From positions 1-29,654 of the forward strand of contig JASFVE010000015.1 of NCBI GenBank assembly GCA_050049995.1: 29,654 nucleotides of DNA, written 5' to 3'. This DNA is from Chlamydiota bacterium (GTDB lineage: Bacteria > Chlamydiota > Chlamydiia > Chlamydiales > SM23-39). Shown here one piece after another: positions 1-9,109 of this stretch; position 1 is the first letter of the stretch; every line of letters starts with the position of its first letter. A program made the translations under genes and the position numbers. The notes beneath the pieces were generated by a model. That model did not search any database and had not been told where the DNA came from. It saw nothing but the letters and a program-made list of their open reading frames with translations.

Positions 1-300
1 CCCATTGACAGTTTGCCTCATTCTAATATCAAAACGAATAGAAGAGCTGATATTATTTGCTTTTCTAAAAACAGCTCAGAGGAGCTTTATCCTTTACTCC
101 TTATAGAATGTAAAGCCGTTCCTATTTCAGAGGATGTTTTCAGGCAAGTGGAAGGATATAATACGGTAGTTAAAGCATTTTTTTTTACTGTCGTGAATCA
201 AACAGAAATTTTTACTTGTTGGCTTAATGAACAAAAAGAAAGGAAAACAATAAACTACCTGCCAACGTATCAGCAGTTAATAAAGGCGGCTTATGGATAA
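1..300 (+). CDS. Type I restriction enzyme HsdR N-terminal-like (PD-(D/E)XK) domain protein, 5'-truncated by window edge
   Basis: Frame is open from base 1 (PIDSLPH...). Motifs RRADII...LLIECKA...RQVEGYN match the D...ExK...QxxxY nuclease pattern of stand-alone HSDR_N proteins. Confidence 0.7.
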   Translation, partial: PIDSLPHSNIKTNRRADIICFSKNSSEELYPLLLIECKAVPISEDVFRQVEGYNTVVKAFFFTVVNQTEIFTCWLNEQKERKTINYLPTYQQLIKAAYG

Positions 301-1801
301 GAGAGTTTTATGTGTATATGGGGCATCAGACATTGCTTCATTGCAAAAAAAATATGATCTTGAAGAAACATATTTAGTTTTTTTAGAAGATGACCAACAA
401 GAATACGAAGCAAATAAATCTTTAGCAGATCAAAATAGTACATATATATATTTTATTGACTCTATTGTAAGGCTCGAACCAATTCTAAAAGAAATTGCTT
501 GGAAATTCCTTTTTCTTGAAATTGAGCTGCAAGCATCTAGTAGCAACAAAGAGACAAAAAGAAAAGAGTTTGAAGAAATTCAAAAAGCTTTTGATCTGAT
601 TGTTGATGGGGTTTTCTTGTCAGCTTCTGATTATTCAGATTTTGGGCTGACTACTATTTTCAATATTTATAGAAACCTATTTCAGGTAAGTTCTTTCCAC
701 ACCCTTAAGGGAATTTCTCAAAAGTTTTTGCAAAAACCTGCTATTATATGTGGAGCCGGCCCATCTTTAAATGAAGCAATTCCTTTTTTGAAAAAGCTAG
801 ACAATCAAGCTCTTATTTTTGCAGGAGGTGCAGCGCTTGAGGTTTTAAAAAAAGAGAATATAACGCCTCACATAGCAGCATGCTTAGATAAGTATGCTGA
901 GAATATTGAAACATTTGAGAGTGTTCCCACGTTCTTTTCTTGGAAAATACCACCTAAAAACTTATCTCATCCCTCTTCTTTGAAAGTACTTTGCTCTACT
1001 AAGAGTCCTTATCTTTTTGATAAATGGATAGAAGAAAACCTAGGATTGTCTTTTGATACAATTGATATGGGATGGACTGTTACAACTTTCATGACTTCTT
1101 TAGCTCTTTATTTAGGTTGTGGTCCAATCATTTTTGTTGGATGCGATTTATGTTTCAATGACAAAAAGATGTATGCCGATCATGTAAAAAAAGAGCATTT
1201 TAATAAGAAATTAGAAAAAGACCACATTGTATGCTTAAATAAAAATAAGGAAACAGTAAGAACGCAAAAAGACTGGCTGATGGCTTCTTTTTGGTTTCAA
1301 AGTACTGTTAAAAAACATAAAAGCACGCAATTTTTCACTACTTCCCGCAATGGTCTATCCTTGGGTGATCGAGTACAAGATTTTTCTTTAGAGCAACTTT
1401 TAGATAGTCCAGGCTTTGACTGTACAAAAGAGATAAACTCCTTGCTTTTAGATCTTCCGCTTTATGAACCTAATGTCGATCAGATGTATCATTTTATTAA
1501 TGAGGAAATCAGTAATGAGCTGGAGTTTGTTAATAAAAGATTAGAGACAATGCAAGGTATGTTTGACAGGCAAGAATATCATTTTTCAGAAAGCTGGAGG
1601 CAAAGCTGGTCTTATCAATATATTCTTTTTCCTTTATGGGAAATGATGAAATATCTTTATATTAGGAATATCAAACAAGATAATCTCTTTTCTTTTACTT
1701 TGGAATTATATAAAACTCTTTATTTTAAAGATGTTTTAGAAAAACACAAAAAGTTAGTAGAAAAATTTAATGCAAGAACTGAAATATCTAATACAAAATG
1801 A
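293..1801 (+). CDS. Motility-associated factor (Maf, MAF_flag10/MptE-like) glycosyltransferase family protein
   Basis: PAIICGAGPSL, ITPHIAACLD, TVTTFMTSLALYLGCGPIIFVGCDL motifs typical of the MAF_flag10 core. Confidence 0.8.
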   Translation: MDKRVLCVYGASDIASLQKKYDLEETYLVFLEDDQQEYEANKSLADQNSTYIYFIDSIVRLEPILKEIAWKFLFLEIELQASSSNKETKRKEFEEIQKAFDLIVDGVFLSASDYSDFGLTTIFNIYRNLFQVSSFHTLKGISQKFLQKPAIICGAGPSLNEAIPFLKKLDNQALIFAGGAALEVLKKENITPHIAACLDKYAENIETFESVPTFFSWKIPPKNLSHPSSLKVLCSTKSPYLFDKWIEENLGLSFDTIDMGWTVTTFMTSLALYLGCGPIIFVGCDLCFNDKKMYADHVKKEHFNKKLEKDHIVCLNKNKETVRTQKDWLMASFWFQSTVKKHKSTQFFTTSRNGLSLGDRVQDFSLEQLLDSPGFDCTKEINSLLLDLPLYEPNVDQMYHFINEEISNELEFVNKRLETMQGMFDRQEYHFSESWRQSWSYQYILFPLWEMMKYLYIRNIKQDNLFSFTLELYKTLYFKDVLEKHKKLVEKFNARTEISNTK

Positions 1802-2228
1802 AACACTTATAATAGTTGATCCTGAATTAGATATTTGTATAAGGGCTCCCTTTGACTTAGTAGACCAAAGAGTTACTTTTTATCCATCTGGCAAAATTAA
1901 ATCTAAAGTTTATTATAGAGAAAAGGAATTACATGGACCGTCCAGCTTTTACAGCCAAGAAGGGGTTTTATTGGCAAAAACATGGTTTTGCTCAGGACTT
2001 AAGCAGGGTAAAGCTTATAGGTATTATAATAGTGGTAAAATCTATGCTCTTTTAAGATTTAAGGATGGAATGAAGCAAGGAACTCATAAATATTTTTACG
2101 ATTCAGGTCAAATCAAAACAGTATTATATTACTCAAAAGGAAAACTACAAAAAACAGCGACTTTATATAGACCCAATCAAGAAATAAAAATGGAAATGCA
2201 CTTTGAAAACGAACTTAGTACACAATAG
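1770..2228 (+). CDS. MORN-variant repeat protein (YwqK-like)
   Basis: Repeated ~24-aa units: FYPSGKIKS, HGPSSFYSQEG, KQGKAYRYYNSG, KQGTHKYFYDSG. Confidence 0.8.
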   Translation: MQELKYLIQNETLIIVDPELDICIRAPFDLVDQRVTFYPSGKIKSKVYYREKELHGPSSFYSQEGVLLAKTWFCSGLKQGKAYRYYNSGKIYALLRFKDGMKQGTHKYFYDSGQIKTVLYYSKGKLQKTATLYRPNQEIKMEMHFENELSTQ

Positions 2229-4056
2229 CAACTCAGATATCTCTACTTATCTTGTAGCCAATAAGAATACGTTTGAAGCTTTTCAAATTAATTTAGACCT
2301 TTTGATGGAAAAAGCCCCTAAAATTGGTTTGTTTGCGCATACATTTCCCTGTACTTATCAGTTTTTTTATACATCTTCGAATGAACTGAATGCTCAAAAA
2401 GATGAAAAAATGATCTATCTAGAGGAGGCTATTTCAGAAGAAGTCCTTCACTGGAAAAAACAGATAAATTTAGAAAATAAAGATGCGATATATATTTATG
2501 GAATAGGACTTGGCTATGATTATTTAGCTTTAAAAAATTGGTTGAAGCTCGATGAGAAAAGAGATCTTATTTTTTTAGAAGATGATGAGGAAATATTTTC
2601 TGTATTTTTACACACAGAATTAGCGACTGAAATTTTAAAAGATCCACAAGTGCATTTTTATTTTTTTCATGATAATGAAAAAAAACATGATGCAATTTTA
2701 GACTTAATCGATACTTTCCCCATTAATAATATTGATGTAGTTTTACCTACATGCCACCATATTAAAAATGAGAGGAAATTTCAAAATCTTAGATTGCATA
2801 TTTTGCGAAAATCCTTTTTAACCAATGCCATTTTTAATGATAGAATAAATTCTCAAGTCCCTTTTCAAAATTTCTTAGAAAATACCAGTAAAATTCCTGA
2901 ATCCTTTTATGCAAATAATTTAAAAAATTCCTTTAAGAATATACCGGCGATTATTTGCGGTGCAGGTCCTTCTTTGGAAAAAAGCATACAACCTTTAAAG
3001 GAGCTTGAAGATAGAGCTCTTATTTTTGCTGGAGGCTCTACCATTACAGCCTTAAGCAGGGAAGGGGTAATGCCTCACTTGGGGATGGCTTTGGATCCCA
3101 CCGAAGAAGAATATGACAGGCTTAAAAATAATTTAGCCTTCGAAGTCCCTATTTTATACTCCACTAGAGTATATCCTAAAGTTTTTGAAACTTTAAATGG
3201 TCCACTAGGCTATATGAGGGCAGGAATTGGGGGCGTTCCAGAGCTTTGGCTAGAAGAAGAGCTTAACCTGCAAGGGGAGTTAATAGGAAATACAGTTCAT
3301 GAAGAAGCTTTGTCTGTTACTACTTTATGTATTGCCATGGCAAAATTTATGGGATGCAACCCCATTATCTTAACGGGTTGTGACTTGTCTTATAGTGAAA
3401 ATCGAAGGTATGCCAAAGGGGTCATTGCAGATGAGCTGAATGGGTTGCCCAAAGAAGAGCTTATTAAGAAAAAAGATATTTTTGGGAAGTATGTTAATAC
3501 AACAGTACAATGGATTATGGAATCGACAGCTATATCTGAGTTTGCTCAGGCCTCTTCTGATTGTCAGTTTTTTAATGCGACAGAAGGAGGTCTAGGCTTC
3601 AACTGCATCCCTAATAAAAGCTTAAGTGACCTTTCTCAAGAATTTCTGCAAAAAAAGTATGACTTGCGATCTTGGCTTCATAGCGAAATTGAAAGTAATA
3701 ACTATCCATTAGCTATGAAAGAGGAAATTACCCATTTATTGCATAAGCTGTCTCAAAGTATCGATAATTGTGAAGTTTATACAAAAATAATCATTGAAGA
3801 GTTTGAGAAGGCAAAGACTGATTCCTATCAGTCAGGAAGAATGGTCTTGGCTGAAATGGACCTTAAAGAAGAAGATGCTTACTGCTACCTTTTTTATGAT
3901 CTATTTCATTATTTAGAAAAGCTTTTTCAAAGAACTTATAAAAATAAAATATATGAAAATGACTGGAAGGCTAATAAAATAAAATGGGAGTGGTTTCATG
4001 AAAAAGTAAAAGAGTATGCCCACATTATTCATAATTTTTTAGACCATAACTCTTGA
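2203..4056 (+). CDS. Maf-family glycosyltransferase (second paralog); start uncertain (TTG 2203 or a downstream ATG such as 2305)
   Basis: N-terminal IYGIGLGY motif plus PAIICGAGPSLEK, MGCNPIILTGCDLSY and FFNATEGG. Confidence 0.82.
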   Translation: MKTNLVHNSNSDISTYLVANKNTFEAFQINLDLLMEKAPKIGLFAHTFPCTYQFFYTSSNELNAQKDEKMIYLEEAISEEVLHWKKQINLENKDAIYIYGIGLGYDYLALKNWLKLDEKRDLIFLEDDEEIFSVFLHTELATEILKDPQVHFYFFHDNEKKHDAILDLIDTFPINNIDVVLPTCHHIKNERKFQNLRLHILRKSFLTNAIFNDRINSQVPFQNFLENTSKIPESFYANNLKNSFKNIPAIICGAGPSLEKSIQPLKELEDRALIFAGGSTITALSREGVMPHLGMALDPTEEEYDRLKNNLAFEVPILYSTRVYPKVFETLNGPLGYMRAGIGGVPELWLEEELNLQGELIGNTVHEEALSVTTLCIAMAKFMGCNPIILTGCDLSYSENRRYAKGVIADELNGLPKEELIKKKDIFGKYVNTTVQWIMESTAISEFAQASSDCQFFNATEGGLGFNCIPNKSLSDLSQEFLQKKYDLRSWLHSEIESNNYPLAMKEEITHLLHKLSQSIDNCEVYTKIIIEEFEKAKTDSYQSGRMVLAEMDLKEEDAYCYLFYDLFHYLEKLFQRTYKNKIYENDWKANKIKWEWFHEKVKEYAHIIHNFLDHNS

Positions 4057-5371
4057 GCTTATTTCTAAGCGTTCTTTCTGTAATTCCAAGTGTTTTAGCT
4101 GTGTTAGATCTATTATTTTGTTTAGCTCTTAAAGTATGTAAAATGTAGTACTTTTCGATTTCTTTAAGAGATTTACCTTCTAAAGAGTTTGAAGGGGTTT
4201 CTTTTGTTGCAATATTTTCTAGAAAAAGATGTTCAGGTTCAATTAAAATCCCATCATCTAAAACTAAAGCTCTTTCAATCACATTTCTTAATTCTCTCAC
4301 ATTTCCGGGCCAGTTATATTTTGTAAGTTTTTCTATTGCATTTGGTGATAATGTTTTTCTTTCTTTTTTTTGTTCATTGCCTATTTTTCTGATAAAAAAT
4401 TCTGCTAATGGAACAATATCTGCTTTTCTCTCTCTTAAAGGTAAAATATGGATAGGAACCACATTTAGTCGATAGTAAAGGTCCTGTCTAAACGCATTTG
4501 TTGCAATAGCCTTTGCCATGTCTCTATTGCTGGTAGATATGAATCGTACATCTACTTTAATAGGGTTAACTCCTCCAATTCTTTCAAACTCTTGCTCTTG
4601 AATAGCTCTTAAAAGCTTAGGCTGCATTAGAAGGGGGATTTCAGTTACTTCATCTAATAATAATGTGCCTGAATCTGCACGTTCAAACCTGCCCACTCTT
4701 TTTTGTAAAGCTCCTGTAAATGCTCCTTTTTCATGGCCAAAAAACTCAGATTCAATAAGGGTGTCTGGGATAGCTGGACAGTTCACTGTAATAAAAGGCT
4801 TATGTTTTCTTTTTGATAAATTGTGAATAACGCGGGCAATGACTTCTTTTCCTGTTCCTGATTCTCCAGAAATAAAAACACTTGCTGAGCTTTTTGCGAT
4901 CTTTGCGATATCTTTTATAAGAGTTTTCATGGCACTGCTTTCAGCTACAAATTCGGACGTCGAAGACATTTCTTCTTTTAGGAATTCATTTTCTTCTATT
5001 AAAGCAACTTGTTCTTCTGCTTTTTGCAAGATTGTTTCAATAGCATCAGGAGAAAATGGCTTGATCAAATAATGAAATGCTCCTTTTTGCATAGCTTCTA
5101 CGGCAGTTTCTACACTGGCATGAGCCGTCATCAAAACGACAGTTGTCTTAGGATCATGTTTTTTTATAAAGTTTAGAACATCTAGCCCTGTTTTATGAGG
5201 CATTTTTAGGTCAGTAATAACCAAATCAAAAGTGCTTTTCTTTAAAACATTGATTGCTTCGAGGCCGTCTTCAGCTGTAGTGATGATTTTTCCTTTTCTT
5301 ACTAGTGTGTCTTTTAAGAACGATCTAAGAATTGCCTCATCATCAACGACTAATATTTTTTCAATTGCCAT
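4025..5371 (-). CDS. atoC: Sigma54-dependent NtrC-family response regulator (AtoC/CtcC-like)
   Basis: Receiver domain (ILVVDDE, DLKMP), Walker A GESGTGKE, GAFTGA loop, LLLDEV, WPGNVREL, C-terminal Fis-type HTH. Confidence 0.92.
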   Translation of the reverse strand: MAIEKILVVDDEAILRSFLKDTLVRKGKIITTAEDGLEAINVLKKSTFDLVITDLKMPHKTGLDVLNFIKKHDPKTTVVLMTAHASVETAVEAMQKGAFHYLIKPFSPDAIETILQKAEEQVALIEENEFLKEEMSSTSEFVAESSAMKTLIKDIAKIAKSSASVFISGESGTGKEVIARVIHNLSKRKHKPFITVNCPAIPDTLIESEFFGHEKGAFTGALQKRVGRFERADSGTLLLDEVTEIPLLMQPKLLRAIQEQEFERIGGVNPIKVDVRFISTSNRDMAKAIATNAFRQDLYYRLNVVPIHILPLRERKADIVPLAEFFIRKIGNEQKKERKTLSPNAIEKLTKYNWPGNVRELRNVIERALVLDDGILIEPEHLFLENIATKETPSNSLEGKSLKEIEKYYILHTLRAKQNNRSNTAKTLGITERTLRNKLKSYGLKNYE

Positions 5372-5373
5372 AA

Positions 5374-6600
5374 CTATCTCCTAAGGGGCAATATAATTGT
5401 AAAGGTTGTCCCTTTCCCCAGTTGGGAGTGGACGTCAATTTTGCCATTATGTGCATGTATAATTTTTTGGACTTCAGATAATCCAAGCCCATTTCCTTTC
5501 TTTTTCGTCGTAAAAAAAGGAGAGAAGATTTTGTCAAAATCTTTTGTTTCAATTCCTTTTCCAGTATCTGAGACAGTCAAAACACAGGAAAGGTCTCTTT
5601 TCATTAAGGAAAGGATTATTTTTCCACCGCTAGTCATAGATTGATAAGCATTCATGACAAGATTTAATAAGACTCCATAGATCGCATCGGCATCAATAGG
5701 AGCAAGTAGTGGATCTGAAGATATATGAAGGTCAACAGAAATATTTTCAGGGCAGTTAGGGTCTACCTTAATGTGTTTCGCAAGCTTTTTAATCAAAGGA
5801 ACCATGTTTTCTGTTTTAGGACTGATAGATACCGGCCTGCTATAATGTAAAATGGTAGTCACTAGCTTTTCTAAGCTTTTAGTTCCACTAATAATATGTG
5901 TTGCCATTTCTTGCATTTCAGGATATTTCTCTAAATCCCTATACAATAAAGTAGCGTATCCTCTTATTCCTCCGATGGGATTCCTAATTTCATGAGCTAC
6001 AGCAGCGGCCATTTCTCCAAGCTCTTTTAGGCGGTTGTTCCTATTTGCTATTAGCTGCAGTTGTTGTACTTCTGTTACATCTCGTAAAAGGAGGATAATT
6101 CCTTGGGAGTCTGTAGGGCCTTTATGGACAAAATTGGCAAAAATTTCTATTTCGATTTTTTCTTTATCCTGTGTAGTCAAAGTTAAATATGTTTCTTTTT
6201 GTGAAAGGCCAAAATTAAGTGCGTTTGAAATAGAAAACCCAAAAAAATCATCTGGGAAAAAGTGGTTAAATGATTTAAATAGAATGTCTTCCTTATTTAC
6301 TTTCAAAATTTTTTGGGCAGCTTCATTGTATAAAGTGATAATTTTTTGCTTATTAACGAAAATGATTCCTTGAGAGATATTTTTTAAAAAAGTCTCTAAG
6401 TAAAGGGTTACGGAACTAAGCTCTTTATTGACACTTTGGAAGTCTTCCTGTAATTTTTCATAAGATTGTTTTAATCTAGCAGCCTCTTGAGAAAAAAGGG
6501 AAAAAGCTTTGGCCAAATGTTGCATGCCTTCAGCTATCGATTCGCTGTTTACAGCTTTTTCAGCAGTTTGTTGAAGTTGCTCGATTAATGAGTCGGACAT
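5374..6600 (-). CDS. atoS: PAS-domain sensor histidine kinase (AtoS/CtcB-like), soluble; likely start ATG 6600
   Basis: H-box AHEIRNP, N-box NLVMNAYQ, DTGKG, PFFTTK, GLGL. No transmembrane segment. AGGGG SD precedes the ATG at 6600. Immediately upstream of the regulator. Confidence 0.88.
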   Translation of the reverse strand: MSDSLIEQLQQTAEKAVNSESIAEGMQHLAKAFSLFSQEAARLKQSYEKLQEDFQSVNKELSSVTLYLETFLKNISQGIIFVNKQKIITLYNEAAQKILKVNKEDILFKSFNHFFPDDFFGFSISNALNFGLSQKETYLTLTTQDKEKIEIEIFANFVHKGPTDSQGIILLLRDVTEVQQLQLIANRNNRLKELGEMAAAVAHEIRNPIGGIRGYATLLYRDLEKYPEMQEMATHIISGTKSLEKLVTTILHYSRPVSISPKTENMVPLIKKLAKHIKVDPNCPENISVDLHISSDPLLAPIDADAIYGVLLNLVMNAYQSMTSGGKIILSLMKRDLSCVLTVSDTGKGIETKDFDKIFSPFFTTKKKGNGLGLSEVQKIIHAHNGKIDVHSQLGKGTTFTIILPLRR

Positions 6601-6657
6601 ATTTACCCCTATAGTTTGGACTATAAGGATTTTCAAAAATTAATAAAAAAGTTTTTC

Positions 6658-7446
6658 ATGAAATATAGTTTTCTGGTTCTTCCATTGCTTTTTTTACTGG
6701 GGTGTTCAGGTCTGGAAAAAACAGAGTACAATAAAATTAGAAAAAAAAACTGCTCAGGCGAGTACATTAAAAGAAGTCGTGCTGATAAGTATGAAATAGA
6801 TCTTGTACCCTCCCAAAAAAAACAGGAGTTATATTCTTGGGAAGATCCTAATAGAGAGTATCTTCCAAAAATTACTAAGGACTTCTTCCGCTGTAAGGGT
6901 AATCCCTTGAACCCACCTAACAATAGCCTTAAAGATTGTGAGGGATCACATCGACATAGCCTTCCAATCATTCATGGAAAAGAAGGAATCTACCCTATAT
7001 TGATAGAGGTCTTAAACTATATTCAAACTAAAACCAAACAAAAAGTAGCTATTACTTGTGGTCATAGATGCCCAAAACACAATGCTTATTCCCAGCCATC
7101 CAAAATTAAATCACTACACATGTATGGAGCAGAGGTGGATTTTTATGTAAAAGGATATGAAGACAAGCCTTTAGCTATTATTGATTTAATCGAAGAGTAT
7201 TTTCAGAGGCAGCCTCGCTATAAAAATAAAGGGCTATACCTTAATTTTAAAAGGCAGAATAAAAAAGGCGTTCAAACTCCTCAGTGGATAAATAAAGAGA
7301 TATCTATAACTCTTTATTTAAAAACAGAAGGTAGGGACTTCGATAATAGACATCCTTATCCTTATATCAATATTCAGGTTAATTATGACCGAGATCTAAA
7401 TGAAAAGATAACTACAGTAAACAATCCTCGCTATATGCAATGGTAA
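6658..7446 (+). CDS. Lipoprotein with peptidase M15-like (D-Ala-D-Ala metallopeptidase fold) domain
   Basis: MKYSFLVLPLLFLLGC lipobox from ATG 6658. ITCGHRCPKHN...SLHMYGAEVD matches the M15 R..N...SxHxxGxAxD pattern. Confidence 0.7.
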   Translation: MKYSFLVLPLLFLLGCSGLEKTEYNKIRKKNCSGEYIKRSRADKYEIDLVPSQKKQELYSWEDPNREYLPKITKDFFRCKGNPLNPPNNSLKDCEGSHRHSLPIIHGKEGIYPILIEVLNYIQTKTKQKVAITCGHRCPKHNAYSQPSKIKSLHMYGAEVDFYVKGYEDKPLAIIDLIEEYFQRQPRYKNKGLYLNFKRQNKKGVQTPQWINKEISITLYLKTEGRDFDNRHPYPYINIQVNYDRDLNEKITTVNNPRYMQW

Positions 7447-7450
7447 ACTG

Positions 7451-7912
7451 CTAATTAATTAGCAGTGCTTCCGCATCAGTATCCTCTTTATTGGTCTTTT
7501 GTTTTTTATGAAGCTGATAAGCTCGGAAAGAAGAAGTGATGCATGCTAAGGCTGATGCCACTAATAAGCTTAGACATAAAACCTTAGTAGAGTGAATAGC
7601 AGGAAGTGTCGATTCACAAGTTTCTTGTAAAGATTGAGAAGTCTCAAGAGGACTTTCTATATACTCTTTAAAAACAGAAATTTTAGGGAAAAGGTTTTTG
7701 AAGATGGTATATCCAGCGTCAATCATCACCTTAAAAGTTTTATCTGCATGGTAAAGTGCATGACCTTCTTGAGCTATTTCTACCAGGATAGGAGCTTTTG
7801 AACAAAGACTTCCAATTTTGCTAGCTGAGCTTTCAACTAATATATAGCCTGCAGAGAATATACCAGTGGATACCGCTGAATAAAGAGGGGAAATTATATC
7901 TATAGGTTTCAT
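7451..7912 (-). CDS. Hypothetical membrane protein with a near-C-terminal hydrophobic segment
   Basis: 153-aa ORF with AGGGTG SD 8 nt upstream; hydrophobic VLCLSLLVASALACI segment. Confidence 0.6.
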   Translation of the reverse strand: MKPIDIISPLYSAVSTGIFSAGYILVESSASKIGSLCSKAPILVEIAQEGHALYHADKTFKVMIDAGYTIFKNLFPKISVFKEYIESPLETSQSLQETCESTLPAIHSTKVLCLSLLVASALACITSSFRAYQLHKKQKTNKEDTDAEALLIN

Positions 7913-8003
7913 AAGATGAACACCCTAGTCAAAAAATTGCTAATTTATCAAGAGATAATTTTACTTTCTAAATAACTGGGTACTCATTATCCTATTTCTT
8001 TTT

Positions 8004-8086
8004 GCCGATGTGGCGGAATGGTAGACGCGGTAGATTCAAAATCTACTCTTCGCAAGAGGGTGCTGGTTCGAGTCCGGTCATCGGCA
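8004..8086 (+). tRNA. tRNA-Leu (anticodon CAA), CCA not encoded
   Basis: Acceptor stem GCCGATG/CATCGGC, D-arm TGGCGGAATGGTAGACGC, anticodon stem GTAGA/TCTAC with CAA at 8037-8039, long variable arm, T-loop GGTTCGAGTCC, discriminator A. Confidence 0.97.
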
Positions 8087-8266
8087 TATTTTCCAAAAAC
8101 ATTTTCTAAGATGATGTCTGTGTTACTTAACTAAAATTTAGAATCTTTTGATTACCTATGAAAACTCACAAGTAGGGTAGAGGAATCAAATCCCCTTCTA
8201 AAAAAAGGTTAATCGAGTAGAGTAATTCCCCATTTAAGCTAATTACAAAAATAATGGGGTAGATTT

Positions 8267-8581
8267 ATGACTTCACAAGTATCTATGGTAAGCTGCAGAA
8301 GATATGCTCAAGAAGAAATTGAAGAGACTTTAAAAGCATATGATGTTCTTCGCTATGATAGCGAGATTAATGCAAAAGAAATCAACAGTATATGTCTCAA
8401 AATGGGATATCTCTGTTCAGGTAACAAACAACATTATGATAGCCTAGCATCGAAATTAGTAAACCGCATTTATGCTATTACAGAAGATGAGACTGAAAGA
8501 GGGAAATTATTTTCCTATGCGAATAGAAATATTGTTATTGGAAAAAATTATGGCATCCTATCTAAAGTAGAGGGGAATTGA
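8267..8581 (+). CDS. Hypothetical protein, paralog A of a tandem pair
   Basis: 104-aa ORF with GGGGT SD; clearly aligns with the next ORF. Confidence 0.75.
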   Translation: MTSQVSMVSCRRYAQEEIEETLKAYDVLRYDSEINAKEINSICLKMGYLCSGNKQHYDSLASKLVNRIYAITEDETERGKLFSYANRNIVIGKNYGILSKVEGN

Positions 8582-8725
8582 TTAAATTTGATAGATTTTG
8601 CCCCTCAGGCAACTGGTAAACTTTTCAGTGAAGGGGGGCATGATTTAATTGTTAAAAATTCTTTTACTTCATAATCTGTGCTCTAAGTTCCATTCATTCT
8701 TTTATAGATAACAGAGGAATTGCCT

Positions 8726-9034
8726 ATGAGCTCACAGTTTTCTATGGAAACTTGCAAACTCCATTCTCAAGTAGAAATTTGGGAAGCTTTAAGATGCTAC
8801 CGTGTTAATAAATATCAGAGTATACTTGAGCAAAAAGTTAATGATCTTTGTCTAGAAATGGGGTATCTGTATAGCGATGACAAACTTAAGCTCAAAGACT
8901 TATTTCAAATGCTGACAAATCGCATTAAAGAAATTACCGAAAATGAATCTGAAAGGCTAAAATTATCGCAATATGCAGATAGAGTCGTTGTTATCGGTAG
9001 AAATTATCGTATTTCTACAAGTAATAGCTTTTAA
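8726..9034 (+). CDS. Hypothetical protein, paralog B of a tandem pair (ATG 8726)
   Basis: AGAGGA SD. MSSQFSM start aligns with MTSQVSM; shares CLxMGYL, NRIxxITExExER and VIGxNY. Confidence 0.75.
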   Translation: MSSQFSMETCKLHSQVEIWEALRCYRVNKYQSILEQKVNDLCLEMGYLYSDDKLKLKDLFQMLTNRIKEITENESERLKLSQYADRVVVIGRNYRISTSNSF

Positions 9035-9109
9035 GAAAAAACTGACTAAAAAAATGTTAGGAAAATATTTCCCATCTTAATTAAGATGAACTACTTTACA
9101 AGGAAGGCT

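Noticed and set aside
1..2228. Restriction system or toxin-antitoxin module (HsdR_N nuclease plus YwqK-like protein)
   Set aside because: No helicase, HsdM or HsdS. The YwqK resemblance reflects generic MORN repeats and no toxin domain is adjacent.
4839..6971. Short ORFs 4839..5072, 5361..5552, 5441..5644, 6035..6373, 6633..6971
   Set aside because: Antisense or alternate-frame shadows of well-supported genes, with no motifs.
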